Assembly (NCBI GenBank): GCA_964016885.1
Contig: OZ024744.1
Location: forward strand, 2,418,001 to 2,482,000
Direction: 5' to 3'
Origin: Eledone cirrhosa
Lineage: Eukaryota
Length of the DNA: 64,000 nt
A program made the position numbers and the translations under genes. The notes under the pieces are model-generated. The model was not told the origin of the DNA and searched no databases. It worked only from the letters and a program-made list of their open reading frames with translations. Below are positions 15,001 through 27,232 of this stretch, piece after piece. Each line of letters begins with the position of its first letter. The stretch's first letter is position 1.

Positions 15001-18000
15001 ACCTTGTCTTACCTCAAAACTTCGTTCTTCACCAAGCTATCTTTCTCTACCTTGTCTTCCCCCCAAAACTTCGTTCTTCACCAAGCTATCTTTCTCTACC
15101 TTGTCTTCCTTCAAAACTTCGTTCTTCACCAAGCTATCTTTCTCTACCTTGTCTTCCCTCAAAACTCCGTTCTTCATCAAGCTATCTTTCTCTACCTTGT
15201 CTTCCCCCAAAACTTCGTTCTTCACCAAGCAATCTTTCACTACCTTGTCTTCACCAACAACTTCGTTCTTCACCAAGCTATCTTTCTCTAGCATGTCTTC
15301 CCTCAAAACTTCCTTCTTCACCAAGCTATCTTTCCCTAGCTTGTCTTACCTCAAAACTTCGTTATTCACCAAGCTATCTTTCTCTACCTTGTCTACCCCC
15401 AAAACTTCGTTCTTCACCAAGCTATCTTTCTCTACCTTGTCTTCCCCCAAAACTTCGTTCTTCACCAAGCTATCTTTCTCTACCTTGTCTTCCCTCAAAA
15501 CTTCGTTCTTCACCAAGCTATCTTTCTCTACCTTGTCTTCCCTCAAAACTCCGTTCTTCATCAAGCTATCTTTCTCTACCTTGTCTTCCCTCAAAACTTC
15601 GTTCTTCACCAAGCTATCTTTCTCTACCTTGTCTTCCCTCAAAACTCCGTTCTTCATCAAGCTATCTTTCTCTACCTTGTCTTCCCCCAAAACTTCGTTC
15701 TTCACCAAGCTATCTTTCACTACCTTGTCTTCACCAACAACTTCGTTCTTCACCAAGCTATCTTTCTCTAGCATGTCTTCCCTCAAAACTTCCTTCTTCA
15801 CCAAGCTATCTTTCTCTATCTTGTCTTCCCCCAACACTTCGTTCTTCATCAAGCTATCTTTCTCTACCTTGTCTTCCCTCAAAACGTCTTTCTTCACCAA
15901 GCTATCTTTCTCTACCTTGTCTTCCCTCAAAACTTCGTTCTTCACCAAGCTATCTTTCTCTACCTTGTCTTCCCCCAAAACTCCGTTCTTCACCAAGCTA
16001 TCTTTCTCTACGTTGTCCTCCCCCAAAACTTCGTTCTTCATCAAGCTATCTTTCTCTACCTTGTCTTCCCTCAAAACGTCGTTCTTCACCAAGCTATCTT
16101 TCTCCACCCATTCTTCCCTCAAAACTTCGTTCTTCACCAAGCTATCTTTCTCTACCTTGTCTTCCCCCAAAACTTCGTTCTTCACCAAGCTATCTTTCTC
16201 TACCTTGCCTTCCCTCAAAACTTCGTTCTTCATCAAGCTATCTTTCTCTACTTTGTCTTCCTTCAAAACGTCGTTCTTCACCAAGCTATCTTTCTCTACC
16301 TTGTCTTCCCTCAAAACTTCGGTCGTTCTTCATCAAGCTATCTTTCTCTACCTTGTCTTCCCTCAAAACGTCGTTCTTCACCAAGCTATCTTTCTCTACC
16401 TTGTCTTCCCCAAAACTTCGTTCTTCACCAAGCTATCTTTCACTACCTTGTCTTCACCAACAACTTCGTTCTTCACCAAGCTATCTTTCTCTAGCATGTT
16501 TTCCCTCAAAACTTCCTTCTTCACCAAGCTATCTTTCCCTACCTTGTCTTCCCCCAAAACTCCGTTCTTCACCAAGCTATCTTTCTCTACGTTGTCCTCC
16601 CCCAAAACTTCGTTCTTCATCAAGCTATCTTTCTCTACCTTGTCTTCCCTCAAAACGTCGTTCTTCACCAAGCTATCTTTCTCTACCTTGTCTTCCTTCA
16701 AAACTTCGTTCTTCACCAAGCTATCTTTCTCTACCTTGTCTTCCCTCAAAACTCCGTTCTTCATCAAGCTATCTTTCTCTACCTTGTCTTCCCCCAAAAC
16801 TTCGTTCTTCACCAAGCTATCTTTCTCTACCCATTCTTCCCTCAAAACATCGTTCTTCACCAAGCTATCTTTCTCTAGCATGTCTTCCCTCAAAACTTCC
16901 TTCTTCACCAAGCTATCTTTCCCTACCTTGTCTTACCTCAAAACTTCGTTATTCACCAAGCTATCTTTCTCTACCTTGTCTACCCCCAAAACTTCGTTCT
17001 TCACCAAGCTATCTTTCTCTACCTTGTCTTCCCCCAAAACTTCGTTCTTAACCAAGCTATCTTTCTCTACCTTGTCTTCCCTCAAAACTTCGTTCTTCAC
17101 CAAGCTATCTTTCTCTACCTTGTCTTCCCTCAAAACTCCGTTCTTCATCAAGCTATCTTTCTCTACTTTGTCTTCCCTCAAAACTTCGTCCTTCACCAAG
17201 CTATCTTTCTCTACTTTGTCTTCCCTCAAAACTCCGTTCTTGATCAAGCTATCTTTCTCTACCTTGTCTTCCCTCAAAACTTCCTTCTTCACCAAGCTAT
17301 CTTTCTCTACCTTGTCTTCCCTCAAAACTTCGTTCTTCACCAAGCTATATTTCTCTACCTTGTCTTCCCTCAAAACTTCGTTTTTCACCAAGCTATCTTT
17401 CTCTACCTTGTCTTCCCCAAAACTTCGTTCTTCACCAAGCTATCTTTCTCTACCTTGCCTTCCCTCAAAACTTCGTTCGTTCTTCATCAAGCTATCTTTC
17501 TCTACCTTGTCTTCCCCCAAAACTTCGTTCTTCACCAAGCTATCTTTCTCTACCTTGTCTTCCCACAAAACTTCGTTCTTCACCAAGCTATCTTTCTCTA
17601 CCTTGTCTTCCCACAAAACTTCGTTCTTCACCAAGCTATCTTTCTCTACCTTGTCTTCCCACAAAACGTCGTTCTTCACCAAGCTATCTTTCTCTACCTT
17701 GTCTTCCCTCAAAACGTCGTTCTTCACCAAGCTATCTTTCTCTACCTTGTCTTCCCCCAAAACTTCGTTCTTCACCAAGCTATCTTTCACTACCTTGTCT
17801 TCACCAACAACTTCGTTCTTCACCAAGCTATCTTTCTCTAGCATGTCTTCCCTCAAAACTTCCTTCTTCACCAAGCTATGTTTCTCTATCTTGTCTTCCC
17901 CCAACACTTCGTTCTTCATCAAGCTATCTTTCTCTACCTTGTCTTCCCTCAAAACGTCTTTCTTCACCAAGCTATCTTTCTCTACCTTGTCTTCCCTCAA

Positions 18001-19049
18001 AACTTCGTTCTTCACCAAGCTATATTTCTCTACCTTGTCTTCCCCCAAAACTCCGTTCTTCACCAAGCTATCTTTCTCTACCTTGTCCTCCCCCAAAACT
18101 TCGTTCTTCATCAAGCTATCTTTCTCTACCTTGTCTTCCCTCAAAACGTCGTTCTTCACCAAGCTATCTTTCTCTACCCATTCTTCCCTCAAAACTTCGT
18201 TCTTCACCAAGCTATCTTTCTCTACCTTGTCTTCCCCCAAAACTTCGTTCTTCACCAAGCTATCTTTCTCTACCTTGTCTTCCCTCAAAACTTCGTTCTT
18301 CACCAAGCTATCTTTCTCTACCTTGTCTTCCCCCAAAACTTCGTTCCTCACCAAGCTATCTTTCTCTACCTTGTCTTCCCTCAAAACTTCGTTCTTCACC
18401 AAGCTATCTTTCTCTACCTCGTCTTCCCCCAATACTTCGTTCTTCACCAAGCTATCTTTCTCTACCTTGTCTTCCCTCAAAACGTCGTTCTTCACCAAGC
18501 TATCTTTCTCTAGCATGTCTTCCCTCAAAACTTCCTTCTTCACCAAGCTATCTTTCCCTACCTTGTCTTACCTCAAAACTTCGTTCTTCACCAAGCTATC
18601 TTTCTCTACCTTGTCTTCCCCCCAAAACTTCGTTCTTCACCAAGCTATCTTTCTCTACCTTGTCTTCCTTCAAAACTTCGTTCTTCACCAAGCTATCTTT
18701 CTCTACCTTGTCTTCCCTCAAAACTCCGTTCTTCATCAAGCTATCTTTCTCTACCTTGTCTTCCCCCAAAACTTCGTTCTTCACCAAGCTATCTTTCACT
18801 ACCTTGTCTTCACCAACAACTTCGTTCTTCACCAAGCTATCTTTCTCTAGCATGTCTTCCCTCAAAACTTCCTTCTTCACCAAGCTATCTTTCTCTATCT
18901 TGTCTTCCCCCAACACTTCGTTCTTCATCAAGCTATCTTTCTCTACCTTGTCTTCCCTCAAAACGTCTTTCTTCACCAAGCTATCTTTCTCTACCTTGTC
19001 TTCCCTCAAAACTTCGTTCTTCACCAAGCTATCTTTCTCTACCTTGTCT
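1..19049. repeat. 48-bp tandem satellite array (~395 monomers, runs off the window start) with higher-order repeat blocks
   Basis: Consensus ttcttcaccaagctatctttctctaccttgtcttccctcaaaacttcg repeats without interruption. Diagnostic variants (tagcatg, cactacc..caccaacaac, cccattc, +4 insertion cggtcg) recur in fixed order. Confidence 0.98.
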
Positions 19050-19140
19050 AGAGGCTAACAGAGAGAGAGAGACTGCTAGAAAGGGTAAAGATACATAGAA
19101 CGAAATTTCTAGCAGTCTCTCTCTCTCTCTGTTAGCCTCT
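19050..19140. repeat. Fold-back inverted repeat (33/35-bp arms, 23-nt loop) ending the satellite
   Basis: agaggctaacagagagagagagactgctagaaa (19050-19082) vs tttctagcagtctctctctctctctgttagcctct (19106-19140). Confidence 0.93.
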
Positions 19141-19657
19141 TCCTCACCCTTCACTCACTCATTCTCTGTCACTACCTCTCCTCCTCCTCTTTCTTCCCGT
19201 TTGACCTGTGTGTAATTCTTTTCTCCCGCACGCTGGCCAAGCTGGTATGAATTTTTTCTCTCTCTCGTCTACGATTTCACAGAACTTATGTTTACCGAAT
19301 TCGCAGACTAGACCCCTTATTCCTCCCGTTAGACCTGTGCGAAATTCCTTCTTTGCTCACATTTCAACCAGGTTTGATGGTCTTTATTCTCTCGCTCACG
19401 ATTTCACCGAATTTATATTCATAGAAATCTGGGACTTGTCTCTTTCTTCCTCACATTCTGTTGCTTCACCATTTTGTTTGTTTACCTTCGCGTCCCCTTT
19501 ATTTACGTGTCCCAACGTCTTTTTTTAGCCGTTGTTCGCACCAACCGGAGGTATATGGTCTTTAAAGCGATGAAATGCCTATGATGGTTGGAAGATCACT
19601 GATGAAGGACAAACTTGTTTCATATGTAACCCATTTGCAACTCCGCAGCGCCCTTAT

Positions 19658-19728
<71 letters not shown>

Positions 19729-20083
19729 ACGTTAAGAATAACGTTCGTGAAAGTGAAAGTAAATTTTCTGACAAGTGAATTTGTTTTTCTGTTCTTTTTA
19801 CAATGAAAGTTACGATACACGCGCAATTGCATGGATTTCTTGTTTGTTTATTTACAACAGGTCTCTATAGTGATATGGTGTTAATTAGTATTGCGTGTGT
19901 GATTATTTTTTCTTTTTCTTTTTTTGTGTATTGTGTGTACGGAAAATTTTATTTTAAATAATGACATTGTGTGTTTTTAAATAATGACATTGTGTGTTGA
20001 AAGAAAGAAATTTTTTTTAAATAACTACATAGTTAGACGTTTGTTGCATATAACATATAAATTGACGTACCTTATCAACATCC

Positions 20084-21265
20084 TTATTTGACCGTATAAA
20101 TAGCTGAAATACAGTTGATCATCTCGCCAAACTTGTTGGCACCAACTCTCTGCCGCCAAAGAAATTCAGCTAAATATGAGGGGAATAAAGCGTCGCTTGT
20201 CCCATGTTGTCGACGAAGCTTTTTCTTTGCACGGCTCCAAGTGTTCTCTATGAGTTGTGTGTGCACATTAGGGTCTTCAGGATCTACAAAGTTCCGTTGG
20301 TGCACAACAACATCATGGAGGTAAATGCCACCTTGAATTTCTTCAATATCAGAATAGGAAGCCCAACCATCGGACATGATGTGGCTTCCTGGCAAAATCC
20401 ATTCCTGTATGATGGGGACAAGAGTCTCACGGCTTCGATCTGGGACTTCGATGAGGCAGCAGCGTCCAGAATGGCGTTCTACAGCGCCGAACACCCAGTG
20501 ACCCTGTCTCCACTGGCCACGATGATACTTTCTATGAAAGTATTTTGATTCGTCGATCTCTACAATGATCGACGAACCATTCTCATCGAATCCTCCAAGC
20601 TGTTGAGGATTCGCCTCCAAATACTGCTCACAAATTTCTCTAAGGAAATTGCACCAGTCTATAATTGTCGGCTTGCTAAGTCCTGTTTCTCTCATCATCC
20701 CAGTTTGGGCATGATTGTAGCACCACATATAGATAATTGTTTCTACTTTAGGCACAAGGCCAGCAATTACCCAGTGCATTACTGGCACTTTATTTTATCG
20801 ACCCCGTAAGGATGAAAGGCAAAGTCAACCTCGGCGGGATTTGAACTCAGATCGTAAAGGGACGTAACTATGCTGGAAAGCATGGCGTCCGACCCTCCAC
20901 CGATACTGCCAATCCACCGCCCTACATATAGATAATGCACCACATATAGATAATGCCAGTCGAACACGGCTTCGATAAAATATAGAATTCCGTCGCACCG
21001 ATTGACAAAATGTGTCGCGGCAGCATCGCCATCACCATTTATCAATCCCCTCAGAATATCTTCTCAATGTGCACGCCTCATTGCAGAGAGGACATATCAC
21101 ACTGTTCGCCAACAGACGCCGACTCGCCAACCACTGTAACATACACAACGTGTCACCGTGTATCGCCGGACACAGTGTATACATTGTTTCAAAGCGATTA
21201 ACAATAGCATTGGTATCCAAAATATCTTCAACTAAGGTAACCCGACCAAACACACGTCCAGCCAT
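20084..21265 (-). pseudogene. Merlin/IS1595-family transposase, disrupted by a TGA at 21032 and a SINE insertion
   Basis: N-terminal CPLC...WRC zinc ribbon, then VEIDESKY, WVFGAVER, HIMSDGWASY, NFVDPEDPNVHTQLIENTW and YLAEFLWR, the typical ISXO2/Merlin motifs. Confidence 0.9.
20738..20923 (-). mobile_element. tRNA-derived SINE with 13-bp TSD
   Basis: Minus strand shows A-box tggcagtatcgg, B-box gttcaaatcc and core gcctttcatccttacggggtcgataaaa. TSD acatatagataat lies at 20725-20737 and 20924-20936. A second copy is at 58039-58210. Confidence 0.88.
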
Positions 21266-21765
21266 ATTTGATGTGACACTGTATTAGAATCCAGCCCTTC
21301 GGTGCTTCGTTTAAAAAATAAAAAATTTTCCCAGCCCTTCTGACGCCTATCGGCCTGTCTGACCCCAAGCTGCCCCTCTGACCCAAATCCCTTATCATTC
21401 TCTGTCCTTCTTATGACCCGGCCTTAATTTCTTTGGGGACAGATAGTTGGTGCCAACTTTGGCAAGATATTACAAAAACATCTAAACGATGATGATGACA
21501 CAAACACATATATATATATATACATACAGACACACATATATGTACACACATATACACACACACACATATATATATAAGAGAAAATAATCACACACGCAAT
21601 ACTAATTAACACCATATTACTATAGAGACCTGTTGTAAATAAACAAACAAGAAATCCATACAATTGCGTGTGTATCGTAACTTTCATTGTAAAAAAAAAA
21701 CAAAAAAACAATTCACTTGTCAGAAAATTTACTTTCACTTTCACGAACGTTATTCTTAATGTATG

Positions 21766-21854
<89 letters not shown>

Positions 21855-21980
21855 ATGATGGTCACGGCTGGAACAACTTTAATTATAGGTCTGCTCAATC
21901 ATACTAACATGGGATTTAAATTGAGCAAAGGTGGAGTTGTCTCCCTTGGTACTTTACTACGCTACGTTTGTTTATATATA

Positions 21981-24900
21981 TCATCATCATCATCATCTTC
22001 AACATTATCATTTAACGTTTATTTTTATCACACCTGCATGGGTTAAACAGGTTGTCACGTTATGAGACATGTCAGGTGTGGAGACCAGGTCTCATATGGA
22101 TGTGTATTTTGGTTTGGTTTCTAAGGCTGGATGCTCTTCTTAACACGAAACACGTTACAATGTGAACTGCACACTTTTGCATGGCCACCTTACAGGATGA
22201 ACTGGGTGTTTTTATTGTTGTAGCATCAACGAGGTGTGAGGGATATTTAGAAGGTGAGGGCAGGGCCTTATGAATGGGGGGGGGGGGTGAAGAGAAGCCG
22301 ACTAACGTGTTCTCTACATGATTGTTTTATTTCAATTTCAGCACATGGGAAAGGGGGAGGGGTCTTCTACAGTACAGCTTGACGCCAGAGGTCTCGATCC
22401 TGTGACATTTCCATTGAGAGGTTTAATTGGGCAAGGTGAGCTTTTATTATTTCATCCCAAGCTTTCCTAGGTCTTCCTCTTTCATAGATAACATCGACTT
22501 TGACAACCCTGCACCTTTTTATACAGCTGTCACCTTCCATATACATCACATGTCCAAACCACCACAATCTCCTCTCCTCTACACTGCATCTGACCTCTCT
22601 TATGCCTAGTTTCTCTCTCAGTTTATTAATTCTTGTTGTTCAGGCACACTATTACATATCTATCAGATCATGTAAACTTCATTTCTTTCCAGTCTTTGTA
22701 GGTCCTCTGAATATATTGCCCTGGTCTCACTTCAATGTAACATTGCTGTTCATACACAGACTTCATACAATCTGCCTTTCACTTTCAGGGGAAATCATTT
22801 TGAAGGCAGCAGTAGTAGTAGCTCCCTAAACTTTTTCCATACCATTCTCACTCAGGTTACTGTACCTTCAGAACACGCACCTCCACTATTAAATTGGTTA
22901 ATTAATTTAACAGAAATTATGAACCGGTTTCTGCAGAGCCTTCTGGACATTTAACCCTTTAACATTTAAACGGGCCGTACCTAGCCAGAATACTCTCACA
23001 TCTTTCTGTTCAAACCGGCCATAATTGGCCACTCATACGTGGCTAAGGTATTCTTCTCAAAATAAATAATATCAAAATCTCATAAATTCGATATAAAGTG
23101 AGATAATTATGTAAGATAAAGCCTTTACCACAAAATACAATAGTATATATAGAGTAATGTAAATGCTAAAGGGTTAAAGTAGCTTATTATTTTGTGAGCT
23201 CTTGCTACTTATTGCTCTTGTGCATCAAGCATATACAAAACATACATTCATTTGCTAATCTCACTGAGATCCCACTACCTACTCCTTTCCTTTAGACTGA
23301 GCAAGGCTATTTTCTTGAGGGGGATATAGACCCTGTTTTCCTTTCTATTTTGCCAAGTTAACTTTAAGACATTTTCATTCTAGGCCATGCTTCCGGGTTT
23401 GGAATTTCTCCTCTAATTTTACCATAGATTAAGTGACAAGGGTTCAATCATGTGCATACAGGAGTTCCCATGGACAGCCAGTCTTAAACTTTTATGCAAT
23501 AGCCTGCAGGATGATAATAAACAGAAGAGGGTTAATAACAGAGTCCTGATAGACTTGCTCACTGAACTCCTCACTATAGCCATCATTACTTTTAACCTTA
23601 CTGACTGCTCCTCCATACATGGCTTTTACTGCTCTCACAAGCCACTCATACACCCCTAGTTTTCTAAGTTACACACCAGATTATGGAACAGGGAAGTCTC
23701 ACAGAAACACTCTCTCGGTCAACAAATGCCAAGTAGAAGGGCTTATTTTAGTTAGGTACTGCTCTTGCAGTTGCCACACAAGGAAAAGGACATCAGTGGT
23801 ACTTTTACATGGAACAAATCTAAACTTCATCTCATCTAGGTTAACTTGGTCCCTAATCAACTGTGTTATAACTCTAATACCTTCATGAAGTGGTCCATCT
23901 AATGTCTCTATATTTTTCTAGCTCTAGTACATCTCCTTTGCCCTTGTAGCAGTTGATGATGATGATACTACACTATTCATTTGGTATGACACCATTTTGA
24001 ATTACTTGCTTTACAATACCAGTGGTTAAGATGTGACCCACCATCCCAGATACTTTCAGTATCTCAGCAACTATCACCAATGGATAAGATACTTTCTCTG
24101 TCTTCATATCCTTAATTACCTTACTACGCTACTGCTTACTTGTATGGCTGGACCCTCTGTTGGGCCTACTTTCTGTAGACTATCTTCCTCCCATACATCC
24201 TCCTCATTCAGTAATCTTTCATAAAGGCATTTCCATGTTACAAAGATTAGCTGAAAAGTTCATAGACTATCAATGATAGCATGATGCTAGAGCTGTGAAA
24301 TCTTGCGCCTGCACTAATTTCAACTCTACTTATTTATTACTGCATTGTTTCCTTCCATTGACTATGTTGAAAAATAAACCTCATTTGGTCATTCCATGAG
24401 AGTATCTTGGCCTGCCTATGAACTTTTCAGCTTACCCTATTCAGCATCAGTGAGGGCAAGTGCCTCATTATCATCCTAGACACACTTTACCCCAACATCA
24501 CAATTTTCCCTCACACACTGCCTCACAATCCTGAACATCTCATGTATTTCCTCCTCACATCATAAAACCAGCTGAAATTATATATTCTCTGCTTCCCTCT
24601 TTGCAAAGAATACTTCCTGGTAGTGTACCCTCCAGCTTCCCCCATTCTGCCATTATTCCATGCCTGTCCCTTGGCCTTAACCATCTCATCTACCCTAGTG
24701 TTTCACCACCAAGTTACTCACCTTCTCTCTGAAGCCCTGCTCCAGCCACAGATCTAGTTTGACACCTTCAGCAAAGTTTCTTTCAGGAACTCCCACTGTA
24801 TTGTATGTTTCTCTTGTTCTTCCTCACTGTTGTAAAGATCAAACAAAATATCTCTAAATTTGGAACTGGCTGAGGGGCCCTTTAACTTCCATATCCTTCT

Positions 24901-25050
24901 CCTCCAGGTTGTCCTCAGTCTTCAAGTTCATCTAAGTCTATGAAGTCACTAACTACTAGGTTATGTTGGGAGATGCATTCTTCTCCAGGGGGTGGGGATT
25001 GTGTGTTTACAAATGTCACTATCTCATCTTCTGGTGAGGATAAAAGTCTG
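21981..25050 (-). mobile_element. Degenerate RTE-clade LINE
   Basis: RT-region remnants (NCYRGKGD, GCPWELLY, WFGHVM..RGRPRKAW) with many stops, and a (GAT)n tail preceded by gttaaa. Confidence 0.85.
22955..23173. mobile_element. piggyBac-like MITE inside the RTE
   Basis: ttaa|ccctttaacatttaaac ... gtaaatgctaaaggg|ttaa: CCC/GGG TIRs with a TTAA TSD. Confidence 0.8.
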
Positions 25051-25135
25051 ACTGGCATGCTCACCTGATCAATAGGTGTTGAAGTGGTTGTTGGGTAAAC
25101 GTTAAGACCCTCTTATATACATATATATATATATA

Positions 25136-25940
25136 CAAGCAGTGGTACCCGGCGTTGCACGGGATAAGGTATTTTGGAACGCGGGCCACCAACAGACCTA
25201 ATCGTGGAAAAACTGCATGCCTGAACATGAAAATATAATAAACCGAATACTCTGATGGCTGGATAATCTTTAAGATTTTCCTCGATGAAGCAAGAAAAAT
25301 GCAGGTTTTCACCTAATGCAGGCCGTAGGGGATCAAGAAAAGGAATTTTTTTATGTGCATAATATGCCTTGAAATTTCGAGAATAGCCGCTATACGTAGC
25401 GCCTCCAAAAAGCCCTAAAATGCTGAAAAAAATGTAGTTTTTCACCTAATGCGGGCCCTAGGCCATAAAAAAGTAGGATTTTTGCTCGCAGTATGAACAA
25501 GAGACTGACTAATACATAGTTACAATTTCAAGGAAATCGGTCTGACGTAACGCCACAAAAAAACCCTAAAAACCTGAAAAAACGCAGTTTTTCACGTAAT
25601 GCGGGCCTTAGGGGATCAAAAAGTTGAATTTACACATGTAAAGTTTGAAAAAAGTCGGTTGGGTACTTCTCGAGGTTTAGGGATTCGAACTCATTCGAAC
25701 GTTATATGTATGTATCTATCTAAAAAGAGAAAGACTAAGAATTATAGAGAGAGATCGCTAAATCGCCTAATGCGGTCCCTAGGTCATGGAAAATTTGAAA
25801 TTTGTTTTGCTCAAAACACTCCTTGGAACATAAGTATTACATGTGTAAAGTTTGAAAACAGTCGGTTGGGTGCTTCTCAAGTTTTAGGGATTCAAACTCA
25901 TACACACACACAGACAGACATCCTCAGTTTTATATATATA
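25136..25940 (-). mobile_element. Non-autonomous Helitron copy A (3' CTAG altered to CTTG)
   Basis: Minus-strand 3' hairpin cccgtgcaacgccggg followed by cttg, and 5' tatatatataaaactgaggatgtctg. Homologous to 37092-37997. Confidence 0.82.
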
Positions 25941-26640
25941 CTAGCAGTTGTACCCGGCGTTGCACGGGATAAGGTATTTTGGAACGCGGGCTGCCAATAG
26001 ACCTAATGCGGGCCTTAGGGGATCAAGAAAATGAATTTTTTTTATGTGCATAATATGACTTGAAATTTTGGGAAAATGGGCTAGACGTAACACCTCCAAG
26101 AAGCCCTAAGAGCCTGAAAAAATAAAGTTTTTCACCTAATGTGGGCCCTAGGCCATAATAGAGTTGGATTTTCTTTGCTTACGGTATGAAGAAGAGACTG
26201 ACTAATACATAGTTACAATTTCAAGGAAATCGGTCTGACGTAATGCCTCAAAAAACCCCTAAAAATGTTAAAAAACGCAGTTGAATTTTTTTATGTGCAT
26301 AACACTCCCTGAAACATAAGTAATACACATGTAAAATTTGAAAAAAATCGGTTGGGTACTTCTCAAGTTTGGGTACTTCTCGAGATATTATAAGGGCGCG
26401 ACGTTATATGTATGTATCTATCTAAAAAGAGAAAGACTAAGAATTATAGAGAGAGATCGCTAAATCGCCTAATGCGGTCCGTAGGGCATTGAAAATTTGA
26501 AATTTGTTTTGCTCAGAACACTGCCTGAAACATAAGTATTACATGTGTAAAGTTTGAAAACAGTCTGTTGGGTGGTTCTCGAGTTTTAGGGATTCAAACT
26601 CATAGACACACAGACAGACATCCTCAGTTTTATATATATA
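25941..26640 (-). mobile_element. Non-autonomous Helitron copy B, head-to-tail with copy A
   Basis: ctagcagttgtacccggcgttgcacggg is the reverse complement of hairpin + CTAG. Same 5' end as copy A, 700-bp unit. Confidence 0.85.
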
Positions 26641-26786
26641 CTAGCAGAATGGCCCGGCGTTGCTCGGGATTTGCTCTAGGGTTCTTATATATTTGATATA
26701 TATTTATCCTTATCGAGCCTCGTGAAATAAATACGTTTGTTTATATTTTGTTATTGTGTATGCAAAAATATCTGTACACGAATATA

Positions 26787-26831
<45 letters not shown>

Positions 26832-26910
26832 CGAAGGAAATGTGGTAAGGAACCAGGTGGACCATAACGCACCAAAGTACTCAATACTTAGGGTAGTAGA
26901 GTGGGTAATA

Positions 26911-26945
26911 GGAACAAGTAAGACCCCAGGGGTCTTACTTGTTCC
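26911..26945. repeat. Perfect 17-bp fold-back in a small insert within (TA)n
   Basis: ggaacaagtaagacccc-a-ggggtcttacttgttcc. Confidence 0.9.
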
Positions 26946-26971
26946 GATATATATATATATATATATATATA

Positions 26972-27232
26972 AGGCGGGTAAAATTCCCGAGATCCATGGA
27001 CGAGTTCTCTCCAGCGGCCTCTGTCCCTCATTATCGCTGCCATGTCCTGCGTCTCCAACGGACCAGTGTCTGTCCTTAGGGCATCAACATACGTTAACCT
27101 TGGTCTTCCTCTTCTAGTGTGTCCATGTAGGGGCTCCCAAAGGAGCACTGAGTGCAATGTCAACTCTGGATGTTGGTGAGCATGTCCAGCTAACCTCAAT
27201 CTCCTCTGTGTCACTTTTGAGCTGACTTTTGG
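26972..27232 (-). mobile_element. RTE-like LINE 3' fragment (different family)
   Basis: RRLRLAGHAHQH..LLWEP.HG.TRRGRPRLTYVD..MRDRGRWR is a typical RTE C-terminus. Confidence 0.75.

Larger units (their letters stand above)
19724..21767 (-). mobile_element. Merlin (IS1595/ISXO2-like) DNA transposon with ~190-bp TIRs, inserted in (TA)n
   Basis: TIR ggcatacgttaagaataacgttcgtgaaagtgaaag... (19724-~19912) is inverted at ~21580-21767. Both termini start GG, (TA)n lies on both sides, and the interior encodes a DDE transposase. Confidence 0.92.
21851..25940. repeat. Left arm of ~4.1-kb inverted duplication 1
   Basis: Reverse complement of 37092-41313 throughout, about 95% identical by eye. Mirrored ORF pairs include 23419/39233, 24033/38897 and 22367/40624. 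Confidence 0.95.

Noticed and set aside
1-19049. CENP-B box (cttcgtt) in each monomer
   Set aside because: Only the first 7 nt match; the CGGG half is absent.
48-19058. Long ORFs (up to 1714 aa) in the satellite
   Set aside because: The monomer length is a multiple of 3 and is stop-poor in four frames. Frameshifts and TAA/TAG variants are amplified with the HOR, and variants are mostly non-synonymous.
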